A stretch of 64,000 nucleotides of DNA from a bacterium (GCA_965207065.1 OZ242260.1:1632001-1696000); one strand, 5' to 3'; shown: positions 46,899-57,700, numbered from the stretch's first letter. Numbers and translations are program-made. Notes: generated by a model not told the origin, from the sequence alone.

Positions 46899-48326
46899 AT
46901 GAGCGCAGATGATATTTGCCGGCTCGGGCTATATGAGCTTTCAGAACGTATCGGGGAAGGGGAGCTTTCTCCCGTAGATGCGGTCGAGGCGTTTTTGAGG
47001 CGCATCGATTCCATCAACCCCCGCATTTTGGGCTTTCTGGAGGTGACGGCCGACGCCGCGCTGGCAGAGGCGAAGCGCGCGCAGGAAGAAATCGCCGCAG
47101 GCCGCAGGCTGGGTCCCTTGCACGGGGTTCCCTACGGGGTCAAGGACATCATCGACACGGCGGGCGTGCGGACGACGCGCGGGTCGAGCTTCTTCCGCGA
47201 CAATGTGCCCGAGCGGGACGCGGAATGCGTCGCCCGTCTCAAGCGCGCCGGCGCGATTCTGCTCGGGAAATGCCATACCCAGGAGTTCGCCTCCGGGCCG
47301 CTCAGCCAAAACGCGCACTTCGGCACCGCGCACAACCCGTGGGACACCGACCGCATGACGGGCGGCTCGAGCACGGGGTCGGGCGCATCGGTCGCCGCCG
47401 GCCTATGCCCCGTCGCCATCGGTACGGACACGGGCAGCTCCATCCGCGGGCCTGCGGCGTTGTGCGGTCTCGTGGGACTCAAGCCCACCCACGGACGGGT
47501 CAGCCTGCGCGGCGTGTGCCCCAACTGTCTGAGCTACGACCACGTGGGACCGATAGCCCGCTCGGCAAAAGACGCCGCTCTCTTTCTGCAGGGGATGGCG
47601 GGCTACGACGCGCAAGACCCCTACAGCCGCGACATGCCGGTTCCCGACTTCTCCGCCCGGCTCGATGCGGGCGCGGTGGGTCTGCGGGTGGGCCTGTGCC
47701 CCGGCCTTTCGGGCGGCTTCGAGGCGGACGCGGAGGTGGTGGGGGCTTTCGAGCGCGCCGTCGGCGTGTTTCGTGAGTCGGGAGCGCGGGTCGAGACGCT
47801 GCCCTTCGACGATGCGGAGCGCCTGATGGCTGTGAACCGCGTCATCATCCAGTGCGAGTTCGCCGAGTTCCACAGGCCGCTCTATGAGCAGAACCCCGAC
47901 GGCTACGGTCCCTCCACGCGCGAGCGGGTGGAGGCGAGCCTCGCGGGGGCCGATCTGGACGAGTACATCCGCGCCGGGCGCGAGCGGGAGGTACTGCGGC
48001 GCAAGGTGCTCGATCTGTTCGAGGAGGTGGACGTCATCTTGACGCTCGCCCTGCCGTGCATTGCCCCGCGACTCGACGACTTGAAGGCCCATATCAATGG
48101 CGAGGAGGTGGATTACTCCCTGGGCCTGACCATGCCGTACCTCACCCACCAGAACCTGACGGGGTTCCCGGCGGCGGTGGTTCCCACCGGGTTTTCGGAA
48201 AAAGAGGGAATGCCCATGTCGCTTCAGGTGATTGGGCGGCCCTGGGAGGAGGCGGAGGTGCTGCGCGCGGTGAACGCCTATGAGGCGGCGACGCCCGAGC
48301 TGCGGAATCGGCGTCCCGCGCTGTGA
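46899..48326 (+). CDS. Amidase signature family enzyme
   Basis: GPLHGVPYGVKD, GGSSTGS, GTDTGSSIRGPA. Confidence 0.93.
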   Translation: MSADDICRLGLYELSERIGEGELSPVDAVEAFLRRIDSINPRILGFLEVTADAALAEAKRAQEEIAAGRRLGPLHGVPYGVKDIIDTAGVRTTRGSSFFRDNVPERDAECVARLKRAGAILLGKCHTQEFASGPLSQNAHFGTAHNPWDTDRMTGGSSTGSGASVAAGLCPVAIGTDTGSSIRGPAALCGLVGLKPTHGRVSLRGVCPNCLSYDHVGPIARSAKDAALFLQGMAGYDAQDPYSRDMPVPDFSARLDAGAVGLRVGLCPGLSGGFEADAEVVGAFERAVGVFRESGARVETLPFDDAERLMAVNRVIIQCEFAEFHRPLYEQNPDGYGPSTRERVEASLAGADLDEYIRAGREREVLRRKVLDLFEEVDVILTLALPCIAPRLDDLKAHINGEEVDYSLGLTMPYLTHQNLTGFPAAVVPTGFSEKEGMPMSLQVIGRPWEEAEVLRAVNAYEAATPELRNRRPAL

Positions 48327-48499
48327 GGGGATGTTGAAAAAGCCCCATTGACGGGAAACCCCTATAGGATTAACCCGTCCTGGCCGCTTTGCAGGGGATA
48401 AAGGCACCCCCCCTACCCCCCCTTGTCAGGGGTCAATTCCGACTGATGAAGGAGGAATTGCATTCTCTCCCGGCGCCATTGACGCAAAGGGGACGACGC

Positions 48500-49498
48500 A
48501 TGCGAATGAAAGCAGCCGTTTATCACGGACCGCGGGACATCCGCGTGGAGCAGGTGGAGCGGCCGGGCCCCGGCGAGCATGACGTATTGGTGCGGGTGAG
48601 GGCGTGCGGTATTTGCGGCTCCGACTTGCACATGTACCGCCTCGGCATGTTCGAGGTGCTGGGGCGCCGGATTGATGAGCACCGGCGGATTATGGGTCAT
48701 GAGTTGAGCGGTGAAATCGTCGAGGTGGGAGAGAAAGTGAGCGGCTTTTCCGTAGGGGACCGCATCACCGGGCTGGGCCACGGCGGCTTTGCGGAGTACG
48801 TGCCGGTCCGTGTTACCGAGCGCAGCCCGCACATCCTGCCGGAGTCCGTCACTTTCGAGGAAGGCGCGACGCTCGAACCGCTGGCCACCTCCCTGCACGG
48901 CGTGTCCCTGGGAAAGCCGGCGGCCGGTGAGACGGTGGTCGTACTGGGCGCCGGCATTATCGGCTTGGGCTGTATCCAGGCCATCCGGGCGAGCGTCGAT
49001 TGCCGCATCATCGCCGTCGACGCTTCCGAGCGCCGCCTGAACATGGCTAAAAATCTCGGCGCCGACGCCGCCGTCAACCTGACCGAAACCGACCCGGTGG
49101 AAGCCGTGATTGATCTCACCGGCGGCGCCAGGCCGGTGGAGCGTTTCGGCGTTCGCGGCGGCAACACCGACCTGGTGATCGACTGCGCCGGCGCGCCGTC
49201 TTCGCCTGACCAGGGCCTGCTCATGCTGAAGCAGCAGTTCGGCCGCTTGGTGCTGGTCGCCCTGTTCGAGCGTCCCGTTGATATGGATTTCAACCAGGTG
49301 GTGCGCAAACACGTCGCCGTCTATGGGTCCTGGACCTGGACCGGGGACGACTACCGCCGCGCCATCGCGCTAGTTGAAAGCGGTAAGGTTCAGCGCGGGC
49401 CCTTGATTTCCCATGTCCTCGACCTCGAGGATGCTCCCGAGGCGTTCGCCGTTCAGGACCGGCCCGACGCCGCCATCAAGGTGATGCTGAAGCCCTGA
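48500..49498 (+). CDS. Zinc-binding (MDR) dehydrogenase lacking the structural-Zn loop
   Basis: CGICGSDLH, GHE, GAGIIG; no Cys4 loop after GDRI. Confidence 0.9.
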   Translation: MRMKAAVYHGPRDIRVEQVERPGPGEHDVLVRVRACGICGSDLHMYRLGMFEVLGRRIDEHRRIMGHELSGEIVEVGEKVSGFSVGDRITGLGHGGFAEYVPVRVTERSPHILPESVTFEEGATLEPLATSLHGVSLGKPAAGETVVVLGAGIIGLGCIQAIRASVDCRIIAVDASERRLNMAKNLGADAAVNLTETDPVEAVIDLTGGARPVERFGVRGGNTDLVIDCAGAPSSPDQGLLMLKQQFGRLVLVALFERPVDMDFNQVVRKHVAVYGSWTWTGDDYRRAIALVESGKVQRGPLISHVLDLEDAPEAFAVQDRPDAAIKVMLKP

Positions 49499-49558
49499 TA
49501 TCTGTGGATTTTCGTTCCGCTACCGTGGTCGGCGTCCCGTGGCGCAAGTGTCGTCAGC

Positions 49559-50149
49559 CTACTTGTCGTCTTTGTTGAAGCCCAGCAGTTCGTCAACCAA
49601 CTCCTTGCGTTTATAGAGCAGCATCGCGGTGATAAGGACGGTGAGGACCATCAGGGGAACGTCGCCCTTGCCGACGAAAATGGCGACGCCCGGCATCAGC
49701 AGGATGGCGATGAGTTCCGCGTGATCGCGCCTGCCGGTCAGGGCGGAGATGAGCAGGGCGACGGTGGCGCAGATCACCAGGGTGAGAGGCGACACGCCGA
49801 GCAGCGCGCCCGAGGTGCTCGCCGTTCCGCGTCCGCCGCGAAACCCGTGAAAAACCGGCAGTATCTCGCCGAGCACCACGCAGACGCAGGCCAGTGCGGC
49901 GATCCACGGAGAGTCGCTCATGAACCAGGCGAAACCCAGCGCCAGTTGCGCTTTCAGGAGATCGGCGATAAAGACGAGCGCGCCCACGCGATCCCCCAGA
50001 ACCATCCAGGCGTTCGCGTAATCGAGTTGTCCGCTCCCGTACATTCGCAAGTCGATGCCACGCGCCTTGGCGGCGAACCAGGCGGCGGAGACCGAACCGA
50101 TGTCGTAGGTGATGCATCCCACGATGATGACGGGAGCAAGAAATTCCAA
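49559..50149 (-). CDS. plsY: PlsY-like glycerol-3-phosphate acyltransferase (divergent)
   Basis: IGSV, IDLRMYGSG, DLLKA, PVFHGFRGGRG; TTG start after GGAGG. Confidence 0.75.
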   Translation of the reverse strand: MEFLAPVIIVGCITYDIGSVSAAWFAAKARGIDLRMYGSGQLDYANAWMVLGDRVGALVFIADLLKAQLALGFAWFMSDSPWIAALACVCVVLGEILPVFHGFRGGRGTASTSGALLGVSPLTLVICATVALLISALTGRRDHAELIAILLMPGVAIFVGKGDVPLMVLTVLITAMLLYKRKELVDELLGFNKDDK

Positions 50150-50309
50150 GAGAACCTCCGGGCATGAAAAATCACGGCCCCCCATATTGCAGTATTCTTC
50201 CGCGCATGAAAAGCGGCGCGCGCGAAGGCGGAGCTTGGTGCAAGGAGGGCGCATATTCCAGAATTTCATCGCGCAAAGGAGGGATGGAAGTTATTGGCAA
50301 GCGGATCGA

Positions 50310-51113
50310 TTATTTATTCAGAATCTCTTTCTTGCGGCGCTGGAGGTAGACGCTGCGAATCAGGGTGTAGTAGTCCAGGGCGAGGGGGTCTTTCTTGAGC
50401 AGTTCGATGGGTTCGATTAAGCGCTCGCGGAGGTCGACGCCCTCCAGGAGCCTTACTCCAAAAAGAAAATCCGCCAGGTCGACCCTGTGTCCGAAGAGAA
50501 TTTTCTCCGAGTCGTCACCGGTGGCGCCCAGATAATTGAGCGGGTTGAGGAAGGCGTCCCCCACCTTGCCGAAACCGTCCCGGACCGTCGATGGCCCTAT
50601 AACGGGCAGCACGAGATATACCCCTTCTTCCACGCCCCAAACGCCTAAGGTCTGGCCGAAATCCTCGTCGTGAAACGGCACTCCCAAGCCGGTCGCCACG
50701 TCGAACAATCCTCCCACTCCCAGGGTGGTGTTGATCAGGAACCGGCTCAGGGTCATACCGGCGCGCTCGCCCTCCCCCTGGAGGACGTCGTTCGCCAGAA
50801 TGAAGGGGGCGTTCAGGTTGCGCATGAAATTGCGGAACGTATCGCGGATGGGTTTTGGGAATAAGGCCCGGTATATCTTTGCGAGCGGGAGGAAAATGAC
50901 GGCGTCCAGGCCCTCGTTGAAATCGAAGACCGCGCGGTTGAAGTCCTCGAACGGGTCTATGGATTCAGTGGCTTGTTCCCCATTGTCGATGTCATGATCC
51001 GAACCGAAGGCGATGGAGGCCGGAGCGCTCAGAAGTGCGAGGCTCAAGACGAGCGCGAGCAGTCTGCGTACCTGCGGATATCTCTTTCTGTTTCCTCTCG
51101 TCGGGCGAGACAA
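50310..51113 (-). CDS. mlaA: MlaA/VacJ family protein
   Basis: DPFEDFNRAVFDFN, RFLINTTLGVGGLFD, EDFGQTLG.WG, LPVIGPSTVRD. Confidence 0.92.
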   Translation of the reverse strand: MSRPTRGNRKRYPQVRRLLALVLSLALLSAPASIAFGSDHDIDNGEQATESIDPFEDFNRAVFDFNEGLDAVIFLPLAKIYRALFPKPIRDTFRNFMRNLNAPFILANDVLQGEGERAGMTLSRFLINTTLGVGGLFDVATGLGVPFHDEDFGQTLGVWGVEEGVYLVLPVIGPSTVRDGFGKVGDAFLNPLNYLGATGDDSEKILFGHRVDLADFLFGVRLLEGVDLRERLIEPIELLKKDPLALDYYTLIRSVYLQRRKKEILNK

Positions 51114-51248
51114 TGGAATTCACTCCGTTTTCAAGTCGTTATCGCTGACTCGAAAATAGCTGATGCGAGAATATCCACTCAACCGGGCGGATGACATCAT
51201 AGCTTGATGATTGAAGAGAGACCAGAAAATTTTCTGCGATTGCGGCCT

Positions 51249-52238
51249 CTACGCCAGAGAGCCTCCGCAGGAGGAGCCGGCGCCCGCGGTGCAGCCGAAG
51301 CAATGATCGTCCAGAAGAATTTCCCGGCCCAGCAGATCGGCGGGCGCCACGTCCCACAGTTTCAGGGGTGTTCCGTTGCCCAGAGACATGTTGAGCATCT
51401 GGTTGAAGTCGCAGTCATACAAGACGCCGTCCCATCCCACGCTGATGAGGTTTCGGCACATGAGGCCGGGTAGCGTTCCGGGATTGTAGGCTTCGCGCAG
51501 CGTGGCCATGTAGGAATCCAGTTTGCCGTTCACCTTCAGATAACTGGCGAAACGGGTGATGGGCATGTTGGTGATGGTGTAGAGATGATGAAATCGGATG
51601 CCGTAGCGCTTGAGGAGTTCGCGTTTGTAGTCCGCCTCGAGCCCCTCCTGGGGCGGTGGGAGATTGTCGTCCACGGGATTGTAGACGAGGTTCAGGGTCA
51701 GATCTCCCGGCGGGCCGAACCCCGCCTCGTTCAACTCCCGGAGCGCGCGGATGGATTTTTCAAATACGCCGTCTCCTCGCTGGCCGTTCACGTTTTCCTC
51801 GAGATAGCAAGGCAGCGAGCAGATGAGTTCCACCCGGTTTTCGCGGTAGAAATCGATCAAGTCCTCCTGGCCCGGCTCGTAGACGACCGTGAGGTTGCAG
51901 CGAACCATTACGTGGCGGCCCTTGCGGCGGGCGTTCGTGACGATGCGTCTGAAATGGGCGTTGAGTTCCGGTGCGCCTCCCGTGATGTCGACGCTGGATA
52001 TCTCGGTATCCTCGAGCCATTCGATGATGCGGTTCGCCGTTTCCTCGGTCATGATCTCCTTGCGGTGCGGTCCCGCGCCCACATGGCAATGCGCGCAAGT
52101 CTGGTTGCAGTACTTGCCAACGTTGATCTGTAGCGTGGTGAGTTCAGTGCGTTCCAGGAGAGGAGCGTCCTCCCGGATGCGGTCTATGAATTTCACGCCG
52201 CCGTTCGAATTGAGAGGCAAGGATATATGTGCGGGCAT
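51249..52238 (-). CDS. arsS: ArsS-like radical SAM protein (DUF3641 C-terminus)
   Basis: LQINVGKYCNQTCAHCHV, TGGAPE, SLPCY, DCDFNQ, HCFGCTAGAGSSCGG. Confidence 0.85.
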   Translation of the reverse strand: MPAHISLPLNSNGGVKFIDRIREDAPLLERTELTTLQINVGKYCNQTCAHCHVGAGPHRKEIMTEETANRIIEWLEDTEISSVDITGGAPELNAHFRRIVTNARRKGRHVMVRCNLTVVYEPGQEDLIDFYRENRVELICSLPCYLEENVNGQRGDGVFEKSIRALRELNEAGFGPPGDLTLNLVYNPVDDNLPPPQEGLEADYKRELLKRYGIRFHHLYTITNMPITRFASYLKVNGKLDSYMATLREAYNPGTLPGLMCRNLISVGWDGVLYDCDFNQMLNMSLGNGTPLKLWDVAPADLLGREILLDDHCFGCTAGAGSSCGGSLA

Positions 52239-52272
52239 CGTTTCTCCCGAGGGACAAGAATCGTTCTTGATC

Positions 52273-52659
52273 TTAAGCGGTTCGCACCAGTTTTCTGCGA
52301 AGCGATTTGATGCGCCTTCTCACGCGCTTGAGCTGAATGCCGTCTTTCGCCTCGATATTCTGGTCCCGCATGTTCTTGAGAGCCTTGATCCGTTGCTTTA
52401 CGTCGCTCCTGTCTATTTTGGAGGTGCGCTTCGCCTCGATCAAAGGGATGTCATTTATCTCCTTGAGCGCCCGGATCAACTGGTTTTTGTCCATGCCGTG
52501 AACGCCCGAGATCTTTCCGCCGTAGGCCAGGGCGGCTTCCTTTAGCTTGGGCACGTTCATCTTGTCGATATCTTTGGCCGTCAGAACTGGACCCTTCTCT
52601 TCGGGGGCCGCCGCTTCTTCTTGGGGAGCTTCCGCTTCGTTTTTTTCTTCTTCCGCCAT
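52273..52659 (-). CDS. Small basic protein with Rho-N/HeH-like segment
   Basis: IDKMNVPKLKEAA..GVHGMDKNQLIRAL; K/R-rich helical C-terminus. Confidence 0.6.
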   Translation of the reverse strand: MAEEEKNEAEAPQEEAAAPEEKGPVLTAKDIDKMNVPKLKEAALAYGGKISGVHGMDKNQLIRALKEINDIPLIEAKRTSKIDRSDVKQRIKALKNMRDQNIEAKDGIQLKRVRRRIKSLRRKLVRTA

Positions 52660-53002
52660 TTCCCTCTCCATGAAAACGTTTTCGCCCCGATGCGCACCCG
52701 CGCGCATTTCTGGGGAATGGTATCGCTAAATGGTTCCCGTCCATACGGGTTGACCGCCAAACCTAGCAAAACGGGGTGCGATGATCAACGGCCTCGCGCG
52801 CGCGGCCCGGTGGGGAGAGGTGATGTGATAGACTTGGCCGCGCTCCATACGGGCGAATTCGCATGTACGGGAAGGGGCGGGGAATGGGTTCACCAACCGC
52901 GTCGATAGATTCTTTGAGACTTGCCCGCTGATGGCAGCAATGATAAAAACTGAGTATACGTAAATTTGAGCGCGATTATTCGTTGAACAAGAGAGGCGAA
53001 CC

Positions 53003-54016
53003 GTGGCAGAGAAACTACTCGAAGTAAAAGATATGGTGAAGCACTTTCCGGTGCGTGGGGGCGTATTCTCCCGGGTTCGCAACTATGTGCGCGCCGTGGA
53101 CGGGGTGAGCTTCGATCTGGAGCCTAGCGAGACGCTCGGGCTCGTCGGGGAAAGCGGGTGCGGGAAATCCACCACGGGCCGGGCCATACTGCGCCTCATC
53201 GAGCCGACCTCGGGCGTAGTGAACTTCCAGGGCACCGACGTTTGCACCCTGAACAGGGAGTCGATGCGCAAGCTCAGGCGCGAGATGCAAATCATCTTCC
53301 AGGACCCGTATGCGTCCCTGAACCCGCGCATGACGGTGGGCAGCATCGTCGGCGAGCCGTTGACCATCCACGGCATTGCCAAAGGTAAGGAAAAAGAGGA
53401 GAAGGTCGCCTCGCTTCTCCACCGGGTGGGCTTGAGGCCCGAGCATATACGGCGCTATCCGCATGAGTTCTCGGGCGGACAGCGCCAGCGCATCGGCATC
53501 GCCCGCGCCCTGGCGCTCAATCCGAAGCTCATCATCGCGGACGAGCCCGTCAGCGCGCTCGACGTGTCGATTCAGGCGCAGGTGATCAACCTGCTCGAAG
53601 ACCTGCAACAAGAATTCGGAATCGCGTTCGTGCTCATCGCGCACGATCTGGCCGTCGTCCAGCACGTGAGCGACCGCATCGCCGTCATGTACCTGGGCAA
53701 GATCGTGGAGATGGCCTCGGCCGACAAGGTGGTGATGGAGGCGAAGCACCCCTATACCGAGGCGCTGCTCTCCGCCGTGCCGATTCCGGACCCGACGCTC
53801 AAGAAAAAACGCATGATCCTGACCGGCGACGTGCCCAGTCCCGTGAATCCTCCCTCGGGGTGTCGATTCCATACGAGATGCCCCTACAAGGAAGACAGGT
53901 GTGTGGCGGAGGAGCCGCCGATGCGCGAAATCAGCACGGGTCATTTCGCGGCATGTCACTTCTCGGAAAAACTCTATGGCGTGGGGCCGAAAACGAACGG
54001 GGCGCCCGCGGGCTAG
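53003..54016 (+). CDS. oppF: Oligopeptide/dipeptide ABC ATP-binding protein (OppF/DppF)
   Basis: [37 protein letters not shown]. Confidence 0.93.
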   Translation: MAEKLLEVKDMVKHFPVRGGVFSRVRNYVRAVDGVSFDLEPSETLGLVGESGCGKSTTGRAILRLIEPTSGVVNFQGTDVCTLNRESMRKLRREMQIIFQDPYASLNPRMTVGSIVGEPLTIHGIAKGKEKEEKVASLLHRVGLRPEHIRRYPHEFSGGQRQRIGIARALALNPKLIIADEPVSALDVSIQAQVINLLEDLQQEFGIAFVLIAHDLAVVQHVSDRIAVMYLGKIVEMASADKVVMEAKHPYTEALLSAVPIPDPTLKKKRMILTGDVPSPVNPPSGCRFHTRCPYKEDRCVAEEPPMREISTGHFAACHFSEKLYGVGPKTNGAPAG

Positions 54017-54085
54017 GCGGTTCTGACCGTCGCCCGACGTTGCACGGGCGCATCGCTTTTCCTCAGGCGGGGCGTATCGCCCGGC

Positions 54086-55651
54086 TTGGGCATCGGTCGA
54101 CGTGTGATTGATGTGAAATTCCTAAAACCAATTTCCCCTTTTCTGCTGTTTGCGCTCATCACGGCCCTTTTTTCAGCGGGTGCGACCTATTTCGCCCATC
54201 GAGCCGTCCAGGGCGTGCTCCTGAGTCGACACGCCGAGCGCGACGCGAGGCGCCTGCAGGACCTGAAAACCAGGATGCGGGGGCGCGTCGACTCCCTGCT
54301 CGGGAAGATCCAGGGGGCCGAGCTTCTGATGGCGGCGGTTTCGGGCGTCGCGAATAGGGAGGGGAAGGCGCTTTCGTTTCTCCTGGGCGGAGAATCGAGA
54401 GACTCCTTTGCCGCCTCGGTGCTGCTCGATGAGCGGGGCAAGATCGTGGACTCTCGCAGGGTGGGCAACATGCCGCCGCCGGGAGGCGAGGAGAAAGGTC
54501 TCTGGTCGGGAGCAAGCCGTTCGCTCCTCTCCTTGTTGAAACGAGAAGGAGGAGCGGGGCCGTCGAGGAGGAAGTTCGACATTCAGTCGAGCACGCTGGG
54601 CGGCGCGCCGGCCGTGCTGGTGCTGGCGCCCTCGACGTCGACGAAGGGTATGTGGGGCATCGTCGTTGCGGCGGAATCGCTGCTGCCGTTGCGGGAGGAC
54701 GAGCCGGCCCCCGGCGAGAGCATATTTCTGTTGGCGGAGCCCGAACAAAAGGTACTCTTCGCCAAACGGGGTGAGAAGTTTCTGGCCGAGAGTATCGCCG
54801 GGGCTTTCAAGACGGAACTCGCCTCGGTCCTCGATCTCCCGGTATGTTGTGATCCTGCCGCGTTCAATGCCGAGAACAGGAACAAACGCTCGATGGCGGA
54901 GTCCGTATTCTATCTGGGTATGAGGCGATTGCGCCTCGTCCACCTGACGGAACGCACGAAGACAGACTCAGGATTGGCAATACTGGCCGGTGTGATGACG
55001 GCGGGCTGGCTCGCATCGCTCGCATTGTTTTCCATTCTGAAGCCCCGCGAGGGAAGCGAAACCACACCTCCTCTGACGAGAGAGGTCGGGGCGGACGAGG
55101 GGGCATCCCGTCGAAAACTTGATTCGGACCAATTCGCCACCATCTTGAGAGTGAGTGAATCCGTGGCTGCGGGCGCGCACTTCCACAGTGTTATCCTCAC
55201 CGTCGTGGAGGAGGTCTCACGTTTTTTCTCGACGAAAAGATACTACGCCGCGCTATACGATGAAACGACGGAGCAGTTTCTCGAAGTGTGCTCCTCGCGC
55301 GTGGGCGGGGCCTACCGAGGCGCCATCGTCTCCCCCGACTCCGGTCTGCCGGAGAGGATCGCTATCAGGGAAAAAGAGATCGTCGAGGTGCCCTTCACCG
55401 ATCAATGGTACGGCGCGCCCGAAGTTCTCAAGGCCGAAAAGATGGGCGGCGCCGTAGTCTTTCCTCTGATCGCGCTGGGAAAAGTAGTGGGGCTGGCCTC
55501 GTTTTATTTCGATGCCTCTCGGGAGATGTCCGATGACGAGGTCGATTATTGCGCCATACTCTTTCACCAGGCCGCCATCGCCATATCACGCGCTCTGGCT
55601 GCCGGCGCTCCCCGAGCGCGCGCGGCGGATTCGCCCGAAGATGAGGCGTAG
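54086..55651 (+). CDS. Membrane protein with extracytoplasmic region and C-terminal GAF domain
   Basis: Two TMs; C-terminal GAF-like VFPLIALGKVVG..FYFD..QAAIAI; no output domain; start uncertain. Confidence 0.65.
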   Translation: MGIGRRVIDVKFLKPISPFLLFALITALFSAGATYFAHRAVQGVLLSRHAERDARRLQDLKTRMRGRVDSLLGKIQGAELLMAAVSGVANREGKALSFLLGGESRDSFAASVLLDERGKIVDSRRVGNMPPPGGEEKGLWSGASRSLLSLLKREGGAGPSRRKFDIQSSTLGGAPAVLVLAPSTSTKGMWGIVVAAESLLPLREDEPAPGESIFLLAEPEQKVLFAKRGEKFLAESIAGAFKTELASVLDLPVCCDPAAFNAENRNKRSMAESVFYLGMRRLRLVHLTERTKTDSGLAILAGVMTAGWLASLALFSILKPREGSETTPPLTREVGADEGASRRKLDSDQFATILRVSESVAAGAHFHSVILTVVEEVSRFFSTKRYYAALYDETTEQFLEVCSSRVGGAYRGAIVSPDSGLPERIAIREKEIVEVPFTDQWYGAPEVLKAEKMGGAVVFPLIALGKVVGLASFYFDASREMSDDEVDYCAILFHQAAIAISRALAAGAPRARAADSPEDEA

Positions 55652-55660
55652 CGAGAAAAT

Positions 55661-56338
55661 ATGAACGAGGCGAGGCTGCGGCCGAAAGATTTCGAGACGC
55701 TCTACTCGGGCTTTGCGAGTCCGCCGGCGCGGTTCGACTGCGGCAAGAAATGCGCGCCCTTTAATGAGGGAGTTCCTTTTTGCTGCGATTCGGGGTGGGT
55801 GGTTCCCGTCGCCAGTCATGAAGAGTGGAACTATCTCGAATCTCGCACAAGGCTATGGCATGAGTTCAGACCGCGCACGCCCCCTGAACTCGCGATGGTC
55901 GAAGAAGTCGACCCCGAGCAGAGCATTTTCATCGAATGCAGGGGCGCCCGGCATTGCGAGCGGGAGAACCGCTCCGTCTCGTGCCGCACGTTTCCCTATG
56001 AACCCTATTTCGATGGCGAGGAGAATCTCCTGGGTCTGGTCTACAACCGGGTGCTGGAGGGGAAATGCTACCTCGTGGATCGCCACCGCGTGGCGACGAA
56101 AAAGTTTATTGGCGAATTCCTGCGTTTTTTCAACCGGTATTTCGAACTGCAGCCCGGTGAGCGCGAACTCTATATCGAGCAAAGCAGGCGCTATCGCCGG
56201 ACGATGAGCCGCAGGAAAAGACCCCTCGTGGTCTTGACGCCCGAGGGCCCCTGCGAGGCGGCTTATCGGGGCGGAAAGCTCATTGGACCCTGGCGGGGGG
56301 CCGACCCTCCCGAGAGCGCGTACCGGCCCGGGGAGTGA
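55661..56338 (+). CDS. Cys-cluster hypothetical protein (YkgJ-like)
   Basis: DCGKKC..PFCC, CRG..HC, SCRTFP cysteine pattern. Confidence 0.6.
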   Translation: MNEARLRPKDFETLYSGFASPPARFDCGKKCAPFNEGVPFCCDSGWVVPVASHEEWNYLESRTRLWHEFRPRTPPELAMVEEVDPEQSIFIECRGARHCERENRSVSCRTFPYEPYFDGEENLLGLVYNRVLEGKCYLVDRHRVATKKFIGEFLRFFNRYFELQPGERELYIEQSRRYRRTMSRRKRPLVVLTPEGPCEAAYRGGKLIGPWRGADPPESAYRPGE

Positions 56339-56491
56339 TGGGGAATTAACTCGCTGGAATGTATGTCGGATCTGGCTTCGTTCCAGCGAACCGCCAGATT
56401 CTTCTAACCGACCCGTAGGGACAGGTCGCGACCTGTCCCTGCAAAGGTAGAAATCCCTTCCCCCGTAAACCGAACTGACGCCCCAAGGCGT

Positions 56492-57700
56492 TTATTTTTC
56501 CATCTCATCCGCCATGTCGGCGATGGCGCGGCCTATCATCAAAGACGCCGTTGCGCCCGGCGAGGGAGCGTTGCACACGTGAACGGCTCCCTCGGTCCGG
56601 ATGATGGAGAAATCATCGAGCAGGCCGCCGGCCCGGTCCACCGCCTGTGCGCGAACGCCCGCGCCTGCGGGCACCAGGTCCGACTCCCGGATCTCGGGCA
56701 TGAGCTTTTGCAGCGCGCGCGTGAATGCGGATTTGCTGAGGGAGCGGACCATCTCGCCCAGCCCGGTCTTCCAGTATTTGCGAGCCAGCCGCAGGAAGCC
56801 GGGGTAGGTGAGCGTTTCGTAGAGATCGTAGGGGTCGACCCGCGTCTTCGTGTAGCCCTCCCGCATGTAAGCCAGAACGGCGTTCGGCCCCGCTTCGACG
56901 CTCCCGTCCACGCGGCGTGTGAAGTGAACCCCGAGAAAGGGGAACGCCGGGTCGGGCACCGGATAGATAAGGCTCTTGACGAGCGAGCGGCGTTCTGGCG
57001 TGAGTTCGTAATACTCGCCGCGGAAGGGTACGATTTTCATCGGCGGCGCTCCGCCTGCGAGGCTGGCTATCCTGTCGGCATAAAGCCCCGCGCAGTTGAC
57101 GATGAGTTTCCCCCCGAAATCCCCCGCCGTCGTCTCGACGCGTTTTTCTCCTCGCGATACGGTGATTCCGGTCACTTTCGCGGATGTCTGGATGCGCTGC
57201 CCCGCCTCGGCCACGATGCGGGCGTAGGCGCGGACGACGCCGCCGTAGTCGATGATGCCCGTGGAGGGGACCCGAAGCGCCTTGACGCCCCGGGTGTGTG
57301 GTTCGACTTCCTTCAGTTCTTCGGGCCCCAGAACCGCGATGTTCTCGATGCCGTTCGCCGCGCCCCGTCGGTAGAGTTCCTCGAGACGGGGGATTTCCGC
57401 CTCCTTCGTGGCGACGACCACCTTGCCGCAGATTTCGTGGTCGATCCCGTGTTCCTGCGCGAAGCGCACCATCGCGGCCGCCCCCTCGACGCAGGTCTTC
57501 GCCTTGAGCGAGCCGGGGCGGTAGTAGAGTCCCGCGTGGATCACGCCGCTGTTGTGGAGCGACTGGTGGCGGCCGACATCGGCTTCTTTCTCGAGGACGA
57601 GGACGCGTTTTTCGGGGTGGCGGCGGGTGATCTGCATGGCGGTGGAAAGGCCGAGTATGCCCCCTCCGATGACGATGACGTCCCACGTTGTCCGGTTCAT
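56492..57700 (-). CDS. lhgO: L-2-hydroxyglutarate oxidase
   Basis: GGGILG, HQSLHNSGVIHAGLYY.PGSLKA, PFRGEY, YPVPDPAFPFLGVH, NAPSPGATAS. Confidence 0.92.
   Translation of the reverse strand: MNRTTWDVIVIGGGILGLSTAMQITRRHPEKRVLVLEKEADVGRHQSLHNSGVIHAGLYYRPGSLKAKTCVEGAAAMVRFAQEHGIDHEICGKVVVATKEAEIPRLEELYRRGAANGIENIAVLGPEELKEVEPHTRGVKALRVPSTGIIDYGGVVRAYARIVAEAGQRIQTSAKVTGITVSRGEKRVETTAGDFGGKLIVNCAGLYADRIASLAGGAPPMKIVPFRGEYYELTPERRSLVKSLIYPVPDPAFPFLGVHFTRRVDGSVEAGPNAVLAYMREGYTKTRVDPYDLYETLTYPGFLRLARKYWKTGLGEMVRSLSKSAFTRALQKLMPEIRESDLVPAGAGVRAQAVDRAGGLLDDFSIIRTEGAVHVCNAPSPGATASLMIGRAIADMADEMEK

Noticed and set aside
51249-51300. ArsS C-terminal selenocysteine
   Set aside because: The codon in GSS-C-GG is TGC; this copy is the Cys form
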